Shown in pieces: positions 1 to 10,296 of a stretch of 64,000 nucleotides of DNA. The notes under the pieces are model-generated. The model searched no databases, was not told the origin of the DNA, and was given only the letters and a program-made list of their open reading frames with translations. Source of the stretch: an uncultured Pseudomonadota bacterium. GTDB taxonomy: Bacteria > Pseudomonadota > Alphaproteobacteria > Rhizobiales > Beijerinckiaceae. The number at the start of each line of letters is the position of its first letter. Positions within the stretch are counted from its first letter, which is position 1. The stretch lies in the NCBI GenBank assembly GCA_963773245.1, contig CAVZAL010000012.1:63485-127484 (forward strand), in the 5' to 3' direction. The position numbers were made by a program, and so were the translations under genes.

Positions 1-900
1 TCTGGCTCGCGCTGGTCGCCGTCATCGTCGCGCTGCCCTCGCGCGCGGCGCTGATCAACGAGGCGCTGATCTTCGGCCTGTTCGCGCTGTCGATCGACCT
101 CATTCTCGGCCTCGCCGGCGTCGTCACGCTGGGGCAGGCGGCCTTCTATCGGCATGGGCGCCTATACCGCCGGCATCCTCGCCAACGCGGGCTATGACGA
201 TCCGCTGCTCGGCCTCGTGGCGGCCGTCGTCCCGGCCGCGCTGGTCGGTCTCGTCACCGCGCCGCTGTTGCTGCGCGGCGCGGACCTCACAAGGCTGATG
301 GTGACGATGGGCGTGGCGCTGATGCTCGGCGAACTCGCCAACAAGCTCGACTGGCTGACCGGCGGGGCGGACGGGCTCAATTTCACGGTCGCGCCGTTGT
401 TTGGCCGCTTCTCCATCGGCGCGATCGGCGAGGGGCCTCGCAACGCCGCGCTGTTCAGCCTTGCGGTGCTGTTCGTTCTCTTCTACTTCGCGCGACGGCT
501 CAAGTCCTCGCCCTTCGGCCTGTCGCTCGCGGCCGTGCGCGAGAACCGGCTGCGCGCCGGCGCGGTCGGCGTCTCCACCTCGCGCCGCATCGTCGCGATC
601 TATGCGCTCTCGGCGGCTTATGCGGGCGTCGCCGGGGCGCTGATCGCCGAGACGACGCAGATCGTTTCGCTCGACCTGTTCGCGTTCCACCGTTCGGCCG
701 ACACGCTCCTGATGCTCATCATCGGCGGCGTCGGCTATCTCTATGGCGGGCTCATCGGCGCCGGCGTGTTCATCGTCATCCGCGACGTGATTTCGGCCGC
801 GACGCCGGAATATTGGGAATTCTGGATCGGCGCGTTGCTTGTGGCGCTCGTGCTGTTCGGCCGCGAGCGGCTGGCCGCCCTGGCGGGGCTGAAGCGATGA
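1..900 (+). CDS. livM: Branched-chain amino acid ABC transporter permease (LivM-like), 5'-partial, 1-bp frameshift near 150
   Basis: Frame from base 3 reads ...FGLFALSIDLILGLAGVVTLGQAAFY, then ORF 154-900 continues GAYTAG...LTGGADGL...SPFGLSLAAVREN...LIIGGVGYLYG. Its stop overlaps the next ATG (ATGA). Confidence 0.85.
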
Positions 901-1641
901 GCGCGCCGGCCCTGGAGGCGCGCGGCCTCGTGCGCCGCTTCGGCGGCCTCATCGCCACCGACAATGTGAGCTTCGCGGTCGAGCCCGGCGCGCGGCAGGC
1001 TTTGATCGGCCCCAACGGCGCCGGCAAGACGACGCTCATCAACCTGCTGACCGGCGTCATCAAGCCGACCGAAGGCGCCGTGCTGCTGCAAGGCCGCGAC
1101 GTGACCGGCATGTCCGCCAGCAAGCGCGTGCGATTGGGGCTCGCCCGCACGTTCCAGATCAACCAGCTTTTCCCGGACCTGAGCCCCGTCGAATCGCTGG
1201 GGCTCGCCATCTCCGAGCGCGAGGGGCGCGGCTACGATTTCTGGCGACCCGCCGGCAAGGCGGAGATCGTCGCCGAGATCGAGGACCTGCTGACCCGCTT
1301 CGGCCTCAGCGAGGTCTACGATCAGCCGACGCGCTCGCTCGCCTACGGCAAGCAGCGGCTGCTGGAGATAGCCCTCGCGCTCGCCTGTCGCCCCAGGGTG
1401 CTGCTGCTCGACGAGCCCGCCGCGGGCGTGCCGGAGGAGGAGCGCCACGACATTCTCGCCGCGCTCGGCCAGTTGCCGGCGGAGGTCGCGATCCTGCTGA
1501 TCGAGCACGACATGGACCTCGTGTTCTCCTTCGCCACGCGCATCTCGGTGCTGGTGGCGGGCCGTCTGCTCTGCGAGGGGACGCCGGCGGAGATCGCGGC
1601 GGACGAGCGCGTGCGCGCCGTCTATCTCGGCGAGGACGGGC

Positions 1642-1649
<8 letters not shown>
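897..1649 (+). CDS. livG: Branched-chain amino acid ABC transporter ATP-binding protein (LivG-like)
   Basis: Walker A GPNGAGKTT, ARTFQ, LAYGKQR, LLLDEPAAG, LIEHDMD, C-terminal VRAVYLG. ATG at 897. Confidence 0.9.
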
Positions 1650-2346
<697 letters not shown>

Positions 2347-2367
2347 CCGCGCCGCCTCGCGAGGCCG

Positions 2368-2782
2368 TCAGTCGGTCCCGTAGATCACCTTGGGGCCGTT
2401 TATCGTCGGCTTCTGGCCGATATAGATGATGTGCGGACCGGTGGGACCAGGCGGCGGCGCGTAGCTCGGGCAGAGCTGCGCCGGGGGAAGCACGATGGTG
2501 GGCGGCGCTTCGGCGACGGTCGGCTGGTTGGGCGCCGGGAAGGTGGGTACGATTTCCCCGCCGAACGGATCGAAGAAGACGTTGCTGCCGCCCCGGGGAT
2601 GGCCGGGTTTGCCGGGATGGCCAGGGCCTCCGCCGGGATGGCCGGGGCCTCCGCCGGGACGGCCGGGTCCGCCGCCGGGATGGAAGCCCCCGTGAGGCCC
2701 CGCCATGATGGCGATTCCGGCATAGGCACGGCGAAGCGGCGACGGCGGCAAGGCAAACGGCGAGGATGGCCAACGCTTTCAT
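2368..2782 (-). CDS. Small exported Gly/Pro/His-rich protein (GGGPGHP repeats), frameshift after the signal peptide
   Basis: Signal-like [17 protein letters not shown] (ORF 2297-2782) joins [44 protein letters not shown] (ORF 2368-2751). 21-bp imperfect repeats at about 2596-2682. Confidence 0.6.
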
Positions 2783-2827
2783 GGCGTCGCTCCTTGAGAG
2801 AATCGAGGCGGCCTCCTCGCCGACAAG

Positions 2828-2843
2828 GTTAGCAAAGGGTTAA
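2828..2843 (-). promoter_or_regulatory. Possible CtrA-binding site
   Basis: GTTAG-caaaggg-TTAA on + (TTAA-N7-CTAAC on -), one mismatch to TTAA-N7-TTAAC, in an AT-richer intergenic gap. Confidence 0.4.
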
Positions 2844-2931
2844 AGGGCGGCCAAGGCGGATTAGTGAATGTAGTTAACCTCGCCGCGCCCCGCGCTTGTG
2901 AGGCGACCCGCCCGCGACATATAAGCCGCAA

Positions 2932-4856
2932 ATGCCAAGCGTCGACGTCAAGCCCGCCAGCAACCGCAAGCCCGGCCAGAAACCGGAATCCGGCAACGAG
3001 CCGTTCAAGCGCGCGCTTTCGGCCTGCGCGCGCGCGATGTCGCGCCATCCCGAGCTCGAAGTCGCGTTCAGCGCCGACAAGCCCGGCCTGACGAGCGGGC
3101 CCGAAGGCGCCAAGGCGCGCCTGCCCGAGCCGCCGCGCAAGCCCAACGCTCGCGAGGCCGCCGTCCTGCGCGGCATGGCGGATGCGATGTCGCTGAGGCT
3201 CGCCTGCCACAGCGAGGCGATCCACCGCCGCCACGCGCCGCAGAGCCCGCCCGCGCGGGCGCTGTTCGACGCGGTGGAGCAGGCGCGCGTCGAGGCGATC
3301 GGCGCGCGGCGCATGGAGGGCGTGGCGGCGAACCTCACCGCCATGCTCGACGACCGCTATCACAAGAGCCCGGCGGCGGAAGCGCGCGACCGCGACGAGG
3401 CGCCGCTGGAGGATGCGGTGGCCATGATGGTGCGCGAGCGGCTGACGGGCCTCGAACCGCCGCCCGGCGCGCGGCGCATCGTCGATCTCTGGCGCAAGGC
3501 GGTCGAGGACAAGGCCGGCGCGGAGCTCGACAGGCTCACCGGCTCGATCGAGGACCAGCGCGCCTTCGCCAGGGCCGTGCATAAGCTGCTCGCCTCGCTC
3601 GATCTGGAAAGCAATCGCGGACGCCGAGGACGAGGAGCGCGAGGAATCCGAGGAAGACGAAAGTGCGTCCGATCAGCCCGAGGACTCCGAAGGCGAGGGC
3701 GAGCAGCCAGGAATCGAAAGAGTCGATGGAGATCGAATCGCTCCAGGATTCCGCCGACGAGCTGGAGGAGGGCGCGATGGAGGCGGCCGACGCTCCTTCC
3801 GCCGAATATCCCGACGAAAGCGACGCCGGCGAATCCGAGGAGCCGTCCGAGAACCGCCCGGTTCCCTCGGGCGGGCAGGAGAAACGCGGGCCGGACTACA
3901 AGGCCTTCACCACGAAATACGACGAGGTGGTGGACGCGGCCGAGCTCTGCGAGCCCGAGGAATTGCAGCGCCTGCGCGACTATCTCGACAAGCAGTTGCA
4001 GAATCTCTCCAGCGTCGTCGCCCGGCTCGCCAACCGCCTGCAGCGGCGGCTGATGGCGCAGCAAAGCCGCTCCTGGGAGTTCGACCTCGAAGAGGGCGTG
4101 CTCGACACCGCGCGGCTGCCGCGCATCATCATCGACCCGCAGCAGCCCCTGTCGTTCAAGCACGAAAAGGACATGGAGTTTCGCGACACGGTCGTCACGC
4201 TGCTGATCGACAATTCCGGCTCGATGCGCGGCCGGCCGATCACGGTGGCCGCCACCTGCGCCGACATTCTCGCGCGCACGCTGGAGCGTTGCGGGGTGAA
4301 GGTCGAGATCCTCGGCTTCACGACGCGCGCCTGGAAGGGCGGACAATCGCGCGAGGCCTGGCTGCAGGCCGGCAAGCCGCCGAACCCCGGCCGGCTCAAC
4401 GACCTGCGCCATCTCATCTACAAGTCCGCCGACGCGCCGTGGCGGCGGGCGCGCAAGAACCTCGGGCTGATGATGCGCGAGGGTCTGCTCAAGGAGAACA
4501 TCGACGGCGAGGCGCTCGACTGGGCGCATCAGCGTCTGCTCGGCCGGCCCGAGCAGCGCAAGATCCTGATGATGATCTCCGACGGCGCGCCGGTCGACGA
4601 TTCGACGCTCTCGGTCAATTCCGGCAATTATCTGGAGCGGCATCTGCGCTACGTCATCGAGGAGATCGAGACGCGCTCGCCGGTGGAGCTCATCGCCATC
4701 GGCATCGGCCATGACGTGACGCGCTATTATCGCCGCGCCGTGACGATCGTCGACGCCGAGGAGCTGGGCGGAGCGATGACGGAGAAGCTCGCCGAATTGT
4801 TCGAGGAGGCGCCGCCGCCGCGGCGCACGTCGACCAAACGCCCGCGCGCGGCCTGA
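2932..4856 (+). CDS. cobT: Aerobic cobaltochelatase subunit CobT (frameshift near 3610-3665)
   Basis: N-domain [34 protein letters not shown], acidic linker, then vWA domain [63 protein letters not shown]. Confidence 0.93.
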
Positions 4857-4884
4857 GAGGCGACTTCCGCAGAGGAAACTCGTA

Positions 4885-4918
4885 TTGACTTCGGTCTCTA
4901 TATGTTCTAATTTCGTTC
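4885..4918 (+). promoter_or_regulatory. Sigma70-type promoter overlapped by an alphaproteobacterial LexA (SOS) box
   Basis: TTGACT (4885-4890), 17 bp, TAATTT (4908-4913). Exact GTTC-N7-GTTC at 4904-4918 (GTTCtaatttcGTTC). Confidence 0.75.
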
Positions 4919-4941
4919 CGTCCCTAACGGAGCGAAATTCG

Positions 4942-5346
4942 ATGTCGGTTATCGAGGCCTGCTACGACTTTGCGCGTAACGCCATCGCAGCTCAGGGCGC
5001 CGGCGGCTTCGAGGAGGGCGAGAGCCGGTATCGCGCTTACGAGGACGTGTATCAGCGCAAGTTCCGCCATTGGCGCGGCCGCTCGGGGCGCTCCTATGTG
5101 TTCTCCGTCTACGCGCCGACGGAGTGCCCGCCTTACGAGAACACGGTGCTGGTCGCGGCCCTGCGCGGCGGCGGCGAGGTTCTGGCCTGCCTCGACCTCG
5201 GTACGTTCCCGGAGGCGCGGCTGTACAGGCTGCGGCGACGACTGCATGAGCGGCTCGACGACGTCGAGTTCCAGATTCACGTACTGGCCGAGCGCGAGGG
5301 CGACCGGCAGGCGCTGATCGACGACCTCGCGCCGCTGGCCGCGTAA
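4942..5346 (+). CDS. Conserved-looking hypothetical protein (motif FRHWRGRSGRSYVFSVY), putatively SOS-induced
   Basis: ATG at 4942 with GGAG upstream, host-like codon usage, directly downstream of the SOS-boxed promoter. Confidence 0.7.
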   Translation: MSVIEACYDFARNAIAAQGAGGFEEGESRYRAYEDVYQRKFRHWRGRSGRSYVFSVYAPTECPPYENTVLVAALRGGGEVLACLDLGTFPEARLYRLRRRLHERLDDVEFQIHVLAEREGDRQALIDDLAPLAA

Positions 5347-5385
5347 TACCGAGCCGCAGAGACAGTAACTATGATCCGTCCGCTG

Positions 5386-5523
5386 CGTCATGCCCGGGCT
5401 TGTCCCGGGCATCCACGTCGGCGAGCGAGCTATGCGTCTAAGCTATTGTACAAGCTGTAGAATTCGCTCTTGCGTCTTTTCGGCGGGACGGCGTGGATCG
5501 CCGGGACAAGCCCGGCCACGACG
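5386..5523. repeat. REP doublet (REPIN/RIME-like, CGTC-type rhizobial palindrome)
   Basis: CGTCATGCCCGGGCTTGTCCCGGGCATCCACG (5386-5417) faces the imperfect inverted copy CGTGGATCGCCGGGACAAGCCCGGCCACGACG (5492-5523), between convergent genes. Confidence 0.75.
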
Positions 5524-5577
5524 GGCCAAGCGATCTCATACGTCGACGTCTACGCGTTCTGGTATAAGCGGACCGGC

Positions 5578-6168
5578 TCAGGCTTCGCGCAAGGCCGCCT
5601 CTCGCGCGCGCAACGCATCGGCGACGCGCTCGACCAGGGAATCGCGGATGCCGAGCCCGGAGAGATTGGCCCAGGTGTTGATCGCATATTCGTGGTTCGG
5701 CCCGGCGACGCCGGCCGCGCCGGCGATGATCTCCACCGCAATCTCGAAATCCGTCATCGCCACATATTGCTCGTGCGCGGGATTGGCGACGTAGGTGCAA
5801 GCCTCGTAACGGGCGCCGTCGCGCGTCTCGATGCTGACCAGCGTCTCGTGGTAGACGGCGGTGATGAGTTCGCGTTCGCGCAGGTACAGCATGGTCGCGG
5901 ACTTCAGCTCGCCTGCGACGCGATAGCCGACGCCCTCGCATTCTCCGCCCTTTTCCAGCCCCAGCACGAGGCCGGGCGCCTCCGGCGTGCCGCGATAGAT
6001 CTGCGAGCGGATGCAATAGCGGCGATGGTAGCCGGCCAGTTTGGCCGGCTCGCGGGATTTGTAGGAAAACCCGGGGTTCCAGATCAGCGAGCCATAGGCG
6101 AAGACCCAAAAATCCTCCGGCGCGGCGTCCGCGCCTGAGGAGAAGCGGGAAAACGTCGATTCGCTCAT
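5578..6168 (-). CDS. chaC: Gamma-glutamylcyclotransferase, ChaC family
   Basis: WVFAYGSLIWNPGF, YRGTPEAPGLVLGL, YLREREL, GVAGPNHEY. Confidence 0.9.
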   Translation of the reverse strand: MSESTFSRFSSGADAAPEDFWVFAYGSLIWNPGFSYKSREPAKLAGYHRRYCIRSQIYRGTPEAPGLVLGLEKGGECEGVGYRVAGELKSATMLYLRERELITAVYHETLVSIETRDGARYEACTYVANPAHEQYVAMTDFEIAVEIIAGAAGVAGPNHEYAINTWANLSGLGIRDSLVERVADALRAREAALREA

Positions 6169-6264
6169 GTCTTCAGTTTGTCCCGCGCCGCCTTTCCGCG
6201 CCCTGAACGGGGGCCGCGAACAAACGACAAAGCCGGCCCGCTGGCAAGCCTTTCGCCTGCGCGC

Positions 6265-7251
6265 CTAACCTTGCAAGTCTCTTGCCGGGGGAGGGGCGTC
6301 GTCCTCCTCCTCCTGCGCGCGCCGGCCGAAATCGGGCGCGGCGGTCTCCTGGCCGAGTTCGACGATGCCGCGCCGGATGGCGCGGGTGCGGGTGAACAGG
6401 TCGAACAGGCCCTGCCCGTCGCCGCGCCGGATCATGCGTTGCAGGGCGGTGAGGTCCTCGTTGAAGCGGCCGAGCATCTCCAGCACCGCCTCGCGGTTGT
6501 AGAGGAACACGTCGCGCCACATCGTCGGATCGGACGCGGCGATGCGGGTGAAATCGCGGAAGCCGCCGGCGGAGAACTTGATGACCTCCGAGCGCGTCAC
6601 CTCTTCGAGATCGGCCGCCGTGCCGACGATGTTGTAGGCGATGAGATGCGGCACATGGCTGGTGATCGCCAGCACGAGGTCGTGATGCTCCGCCGTCATG
6701 ATCTCGACATTGGCGCCGAAGGCCGCCCAGAACGCGCGCACCTTGTCCACCGCCTCCGCGTCCGTTCCCGGGGGCGGGGTGAGGATGCACCAGCGGTTGC
6801 GGAACAAAGTGGCGAAGCCGGCGTCCGGGCCGGAATGCTCGGTGCCGGCGACGGGATGGGCCGGCACGAAATGCGCGCCCGGCGGCAGACGCGGCCCGAC
6901 GTCGGCCACCACCGCCGACTTGACCGAGCCGACGTCGGAGATGATTACGCCGGCTTTCAGCGCCGGCGCCATCGCCTCGGCGATCCCGGCGTTGGCGCCG
7001 ACGGGGGCGCAGAGGATGACGAGATCGGCGTCGGCGACGGCCTCGGCCACGGAGCCGGCGTAGGCGTCCCCAAGGCCGAGCGCCTCGGCGCGCGCGAGCG
7101 CGGCCTCGTCGCGGTCATGGATGACGAGGCGCGCCGCCGCGCCGGTCTTGGCTGAGGCGTGCGCGATCGACGAGCCGATCAGCCCGACGCCGATGATGGC
7201 GACGGTCGAGAACAGCGGGGCGGGCAGGCGGGGCAGGGCCACGCCGGTCAC
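6265..7251 (-). CDS. tyrA: Prephenate/arogenate (cyclohexadienyl) dehydrogenase
   Basis: IIGVGLIGSS Rossmann motif, SDVGSVK, HPVAGTEHSGP, HDLVLAITSHVPHL, GGFRDFTRIAASDPTMWRD. GTG start overlaps the hisC stop. Confidence 0.92.
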   Translation of the reverse strand: MTGVALPRLPAPLFSTVAIIGVGLIGSSIAHASAKTGAAARLVIHDRDEAALARAEALGLGDAYAGSVAEAVADADLVILCAPVGANAGIAEAMAPALKAGVIISDVGSVKSAVVADVGPRLPPGAHFVPAHPVAGTEHSGPDAGFATLFRNRWCILTPPPGTDAEAVDKVRAFWAAFGANVEIMTAEHHDLVLAITSHVPHLIAYNIVGTAADLEEVTRSEVIKFSAGGFRDFTRIAASDPTMWRDVFLYNREAVLEMLGRFNEDLTALQRMIRRGDGQGLFDLFTRTRAIRRGIVELGQETAAPDFGRRAQEEEDDAPPPARDLQG

Positions 7252-8345
7252 GCCGAAAGGAAGCGCTGCAGCGCCGCGACGACGCCGGCGTTGGCGTCCT
7301 CCTCGCCGACGGAGAGGCGCAGGCAATCGGGCAGGCCGTAGCCGTCCATGCCGCGCAGCACGAAGCCGGCGGCGGTGAGCGCCGCGTCGGCGCGGCGCGC
7401 CTCGGCGGCGTCGCGGAAGCGGATGAGCAGGAAGTTGCCGCAGCTCGGCGGGACCTCCAGCCCGAGCGCCTGGATTTCTCGCCTGAGCCACGGCAGCCAG
7501 CGCGCGTTGTGGGCCACCGCCCGCGCCAGATGCTCGGCGTCGCCGAGCGCCGCGACGCCGGCGGCCTGCGCCGGGGCGTTGACGTTGAAAGGCCCGCGAA
7601 TCCGGTTGAGCGCGTCGATCAGATAGGGCCGCGCATAGGCCCAGCCGATGCGCAGACCCGCCAGGCCATAGGCCTTGGAGAAGGTGCGCAGCATCACGAC
7701 GTTCTCGTGCGCGTCGACCAGCTCGGCGCCGGGGTCGTAGGTCTCGTCGGCGACATATTCGGCGTAAGCCGAATCGAGGACCAGCAGCGTGTCCGCAGGC
7801 AGGCCGGCGTGCAGGCGGAGAAGCTCGCCGCGCGGCAGCAGCGCGCCGGTCGGATTGTTGGGGTTGGCGAGGAAGACGATCTTCGTCCTTTCCGTCACGC
7901 GCGCGAGCAACTCGTCAACGCTGGCGGTCCAGTCTCGCTCCGGCGCGACGACGGGCGTTCCGCCGGCGGCGCGGATGGCGATGGGGTAGGAGAGGAAGCC
8001 GAACTGGCTGTAGAGCGCCTCGTCGCCGGGCTTGAGGAAGACTTGCGCCAGCAGGCCGATCAGCTCGTCCGAGCCGTTGCCGCAGAGGATTCGCGCTGGA
8101 TCGAGCCCGTGCCGCTCGCCGATCGCGCGGCGAAGCGTCTGGGCCGCGCCGTCGGGATAGAGCGCGAGCGTGGCCGCGGCGTCGCGGAAGGCCGCAATGG
8201 CGCTGGGCGAGGGGCCGACAGGCGATTCGTTCGACGAAAGCTTGTAGGTCTTGCTCGCGCTGGCGGGGGCGGGCTTGCCGGGGACATAGGCCTCGATGGC
8301 GAGAAGTTCCGCGCGGGGCTGCGGGCGGGAGGCGTGTTGCGACAT
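7248..8345 (-). CDS. hisC: Histidinol-phosphate aminotransferase
   Basis: KLSSNE, GNGSDELI, ANPNNPTG, LDSAYAEY, RTFSKAYGLAGLRIGW (PLP lysine). Confidence 0.93.
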   Translation of the reverse strand: MSQHASRPQPRAELLAIEAYVPGKPAPASASKTYKLSSNESPVGPSPSAIAAFRDAAATLALYPDGAAQTLRRAIGERHGLDPARILCGNGSDELIGLLAQVFLKPGDEALYSQFGFLSYPIAIRAAGGTPVVAPERDWTASVDELLARVTERTKIVFLANPNNPTGALLPRGELLRLHAGLPADTLLVLDSAYAEYVADETYDPGAELVDAHENVVMLRTFSKAYGLAGLRIGWAYARPYLIDALNRIRGPFNVNAPAQAAGVAALGDAEHLARAVAHNARWLPWLRREIQALGLEVPPSCGNFLLIRFRDAAEARRADAALTAAGFVLRGMDGYGLPDCLRLSVGEEDANAGVVAALQRFLSA

Positions 8346-8745
8346 GGGGGTCTCTGACGCGCGAGGGAAGCCCGGCTTTTCGCGAAAGGTTTGGGGAATG
8401 GCAAGGGAGAGGGATTTAAGGGTGTGGCGCGCCGTTGAGATTGATGCGGCGCATGCCGACCTTACCGACCTTTAATTGCGACCGATTTGAGAGCCGAGCA
8501 CAGGGAACCGCACTGTGACGGCTTCACTTGATCCATGCCGCGTTTTACATACGCGAACGCCTGATGTTGCGACGCACTCATTTTTTCTGAATGATTGCGT
8601 GAGCTCCATGTCTGCAAATGATCATCCGCGCGTGATGTCGTCAAATAGAATCGAGATCTTCAGCTCGCTAAGGTGCATTTCAGCCGTCCGCCCGAGATAC
8701 GTGCAGAGTCAGCTTTCGCGCAGCGAGACGTGATTACTGGCGAGC

Positions 8746-10080
8746 GTAGTTCAGGAGTGAACGTGGAGACGATTTGTATAGCTGCGCGTTCTTGACTCTG
8801 CCGCTTGATTTTGGGAGCTGCCCCCCTATCGGGCGGCGGAAAGTCGTGAATCCATGGGGGGATGGACCGGACTGATTTGCAGCGGCTGAGCAAGGACGAG
8901 TTGATCGAGTTGGTGCTGCGGCTCCAGCGGCCGGACAAGACCTCGCGCAATTCGTCGAAGCCGCCCTCGACGGACAAGAAGGAGAAGCGCGAGAACTCGC
9001 GCCCCGGCGGGGCGAAGTTCGGGCATGAGCCGCATAACCGCCGGCTCGCCGACGATCCTGACGAAGTTCGCGACCATATGCCGGAGCGTCTGCGCGGCGT
9101 GCGGCGGCTCGTTTGCCTCGGATGCCGAGCGAGAGTTGATCGGCGAATACGACGAGATCGAGATTCCGCCGCTCAAACCCTATGTGATCCGCCATCGCCG
9201 CTTCGCATGCCGATGCGCGCATTGCGGCGTCGCGGCGAAAGCCGCCAGCGCCCGCCGTCGCGACGACGACGCCGTTCGGGCCGCGCATTCACGCGCTGGC
9301 GATTTATCTCAAGGGCTTTCAGGCGCTGTCCTATGAGCGGCTGCGCGGCCTTTTTCGCGACGCTTTCGGGCTGAGCGTGAGCGAGGGCGCGCTGATGAAC
9401 ATGTTCATCCGCTCGCATCCCCGGTTCGAGATCGAGGCTGAGAAGGCGAAAGCCATTCTCCGCGCGGCCAAGGTTGTCGCCAGCGACGAGACCGGCGTTC
9501 GCATCGAAGGGACGAACTCCTATCACTGGGTTTTCCATGGCAAGGACGCAGTCGTGCATCAGCCCGACTATTCGCGCGCCGGCCGCGTCGTGGACGAGAT
9601 GATGGCCGGACACGAGCCGAAAGTGTGGATCTCGGATCGCTACTCGGCGCAGCAAGGCCACGGCGAACGGCATCAGACATGCCTGGCGCATCTGGCCCGC
9701 GACGCGGCTTTCGCGCTTGAGCATGGCTCGGACGATTGGCCCTTCCGGTTCAAGCTTTGGTTGGGGGCCGCGTTCGATCTCGCTCGCGGCATAACCGGCT
9801 TAGCCGCCTCACGGTGACGGGGAAGAAAGAAGAGCTGGAGAAGCGGCTCGGAGCGCTACTGGCTGCAGCCGACCGGATGCGATCTCGCCCGAGAATTGCA
9901 AGCCAAGATCGGGCGCGCGCGAGACCAGCTTCTCACCTTCTGCGACTTTCCCGGCGAGGTCGATCCGACCAACAACACCTCGGAGCGCAAACTCCGCCCC
10001 TGCGTGATCCAGCGAAAGGTCACAAACCGCTACGCGCCATGTGGGCCGCCCAAGGCTGAAGCGACGTGCGAACCACTGTC
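8746..10080 (+). mobile_element. IS66-family (single-ORF, ISBst12-like) transposase remnant. CDS about 8862-10080, multiply frameshifted and 3'-truncated.
   Basis: KTSRNSSKPPSTD, zinc finger CAAC..CAHC, ASDETG, WISDRYSAQ, HQTCLAHLARD, PTNNTSERKLRPCVIQRKVTN. The left end at about 8746 (GTAGTTCAG) is a guess and no right IR was found. Confidence 0.85.
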
Positions 10081-10296
10081 ATATGCTCAGGTTAAATCGT
10101 TTGGAATTCCCAAGGCCGTGGGCGCTGATTCTTGAAATGTGCCCCCCTGTCGCGAATTCGCAATCGACAGAGAAATCTTCCGACCGCCTGAGGCGACGGG
10201 CGCGCGCGACCCGGCGGGGCCGCGCGGCGCGGCGCGCGCGCGGGCGCGCCGGGGGGCGCGCCCCGGTGATCTCGCCGCTTGGGCTCGATTGAATTG

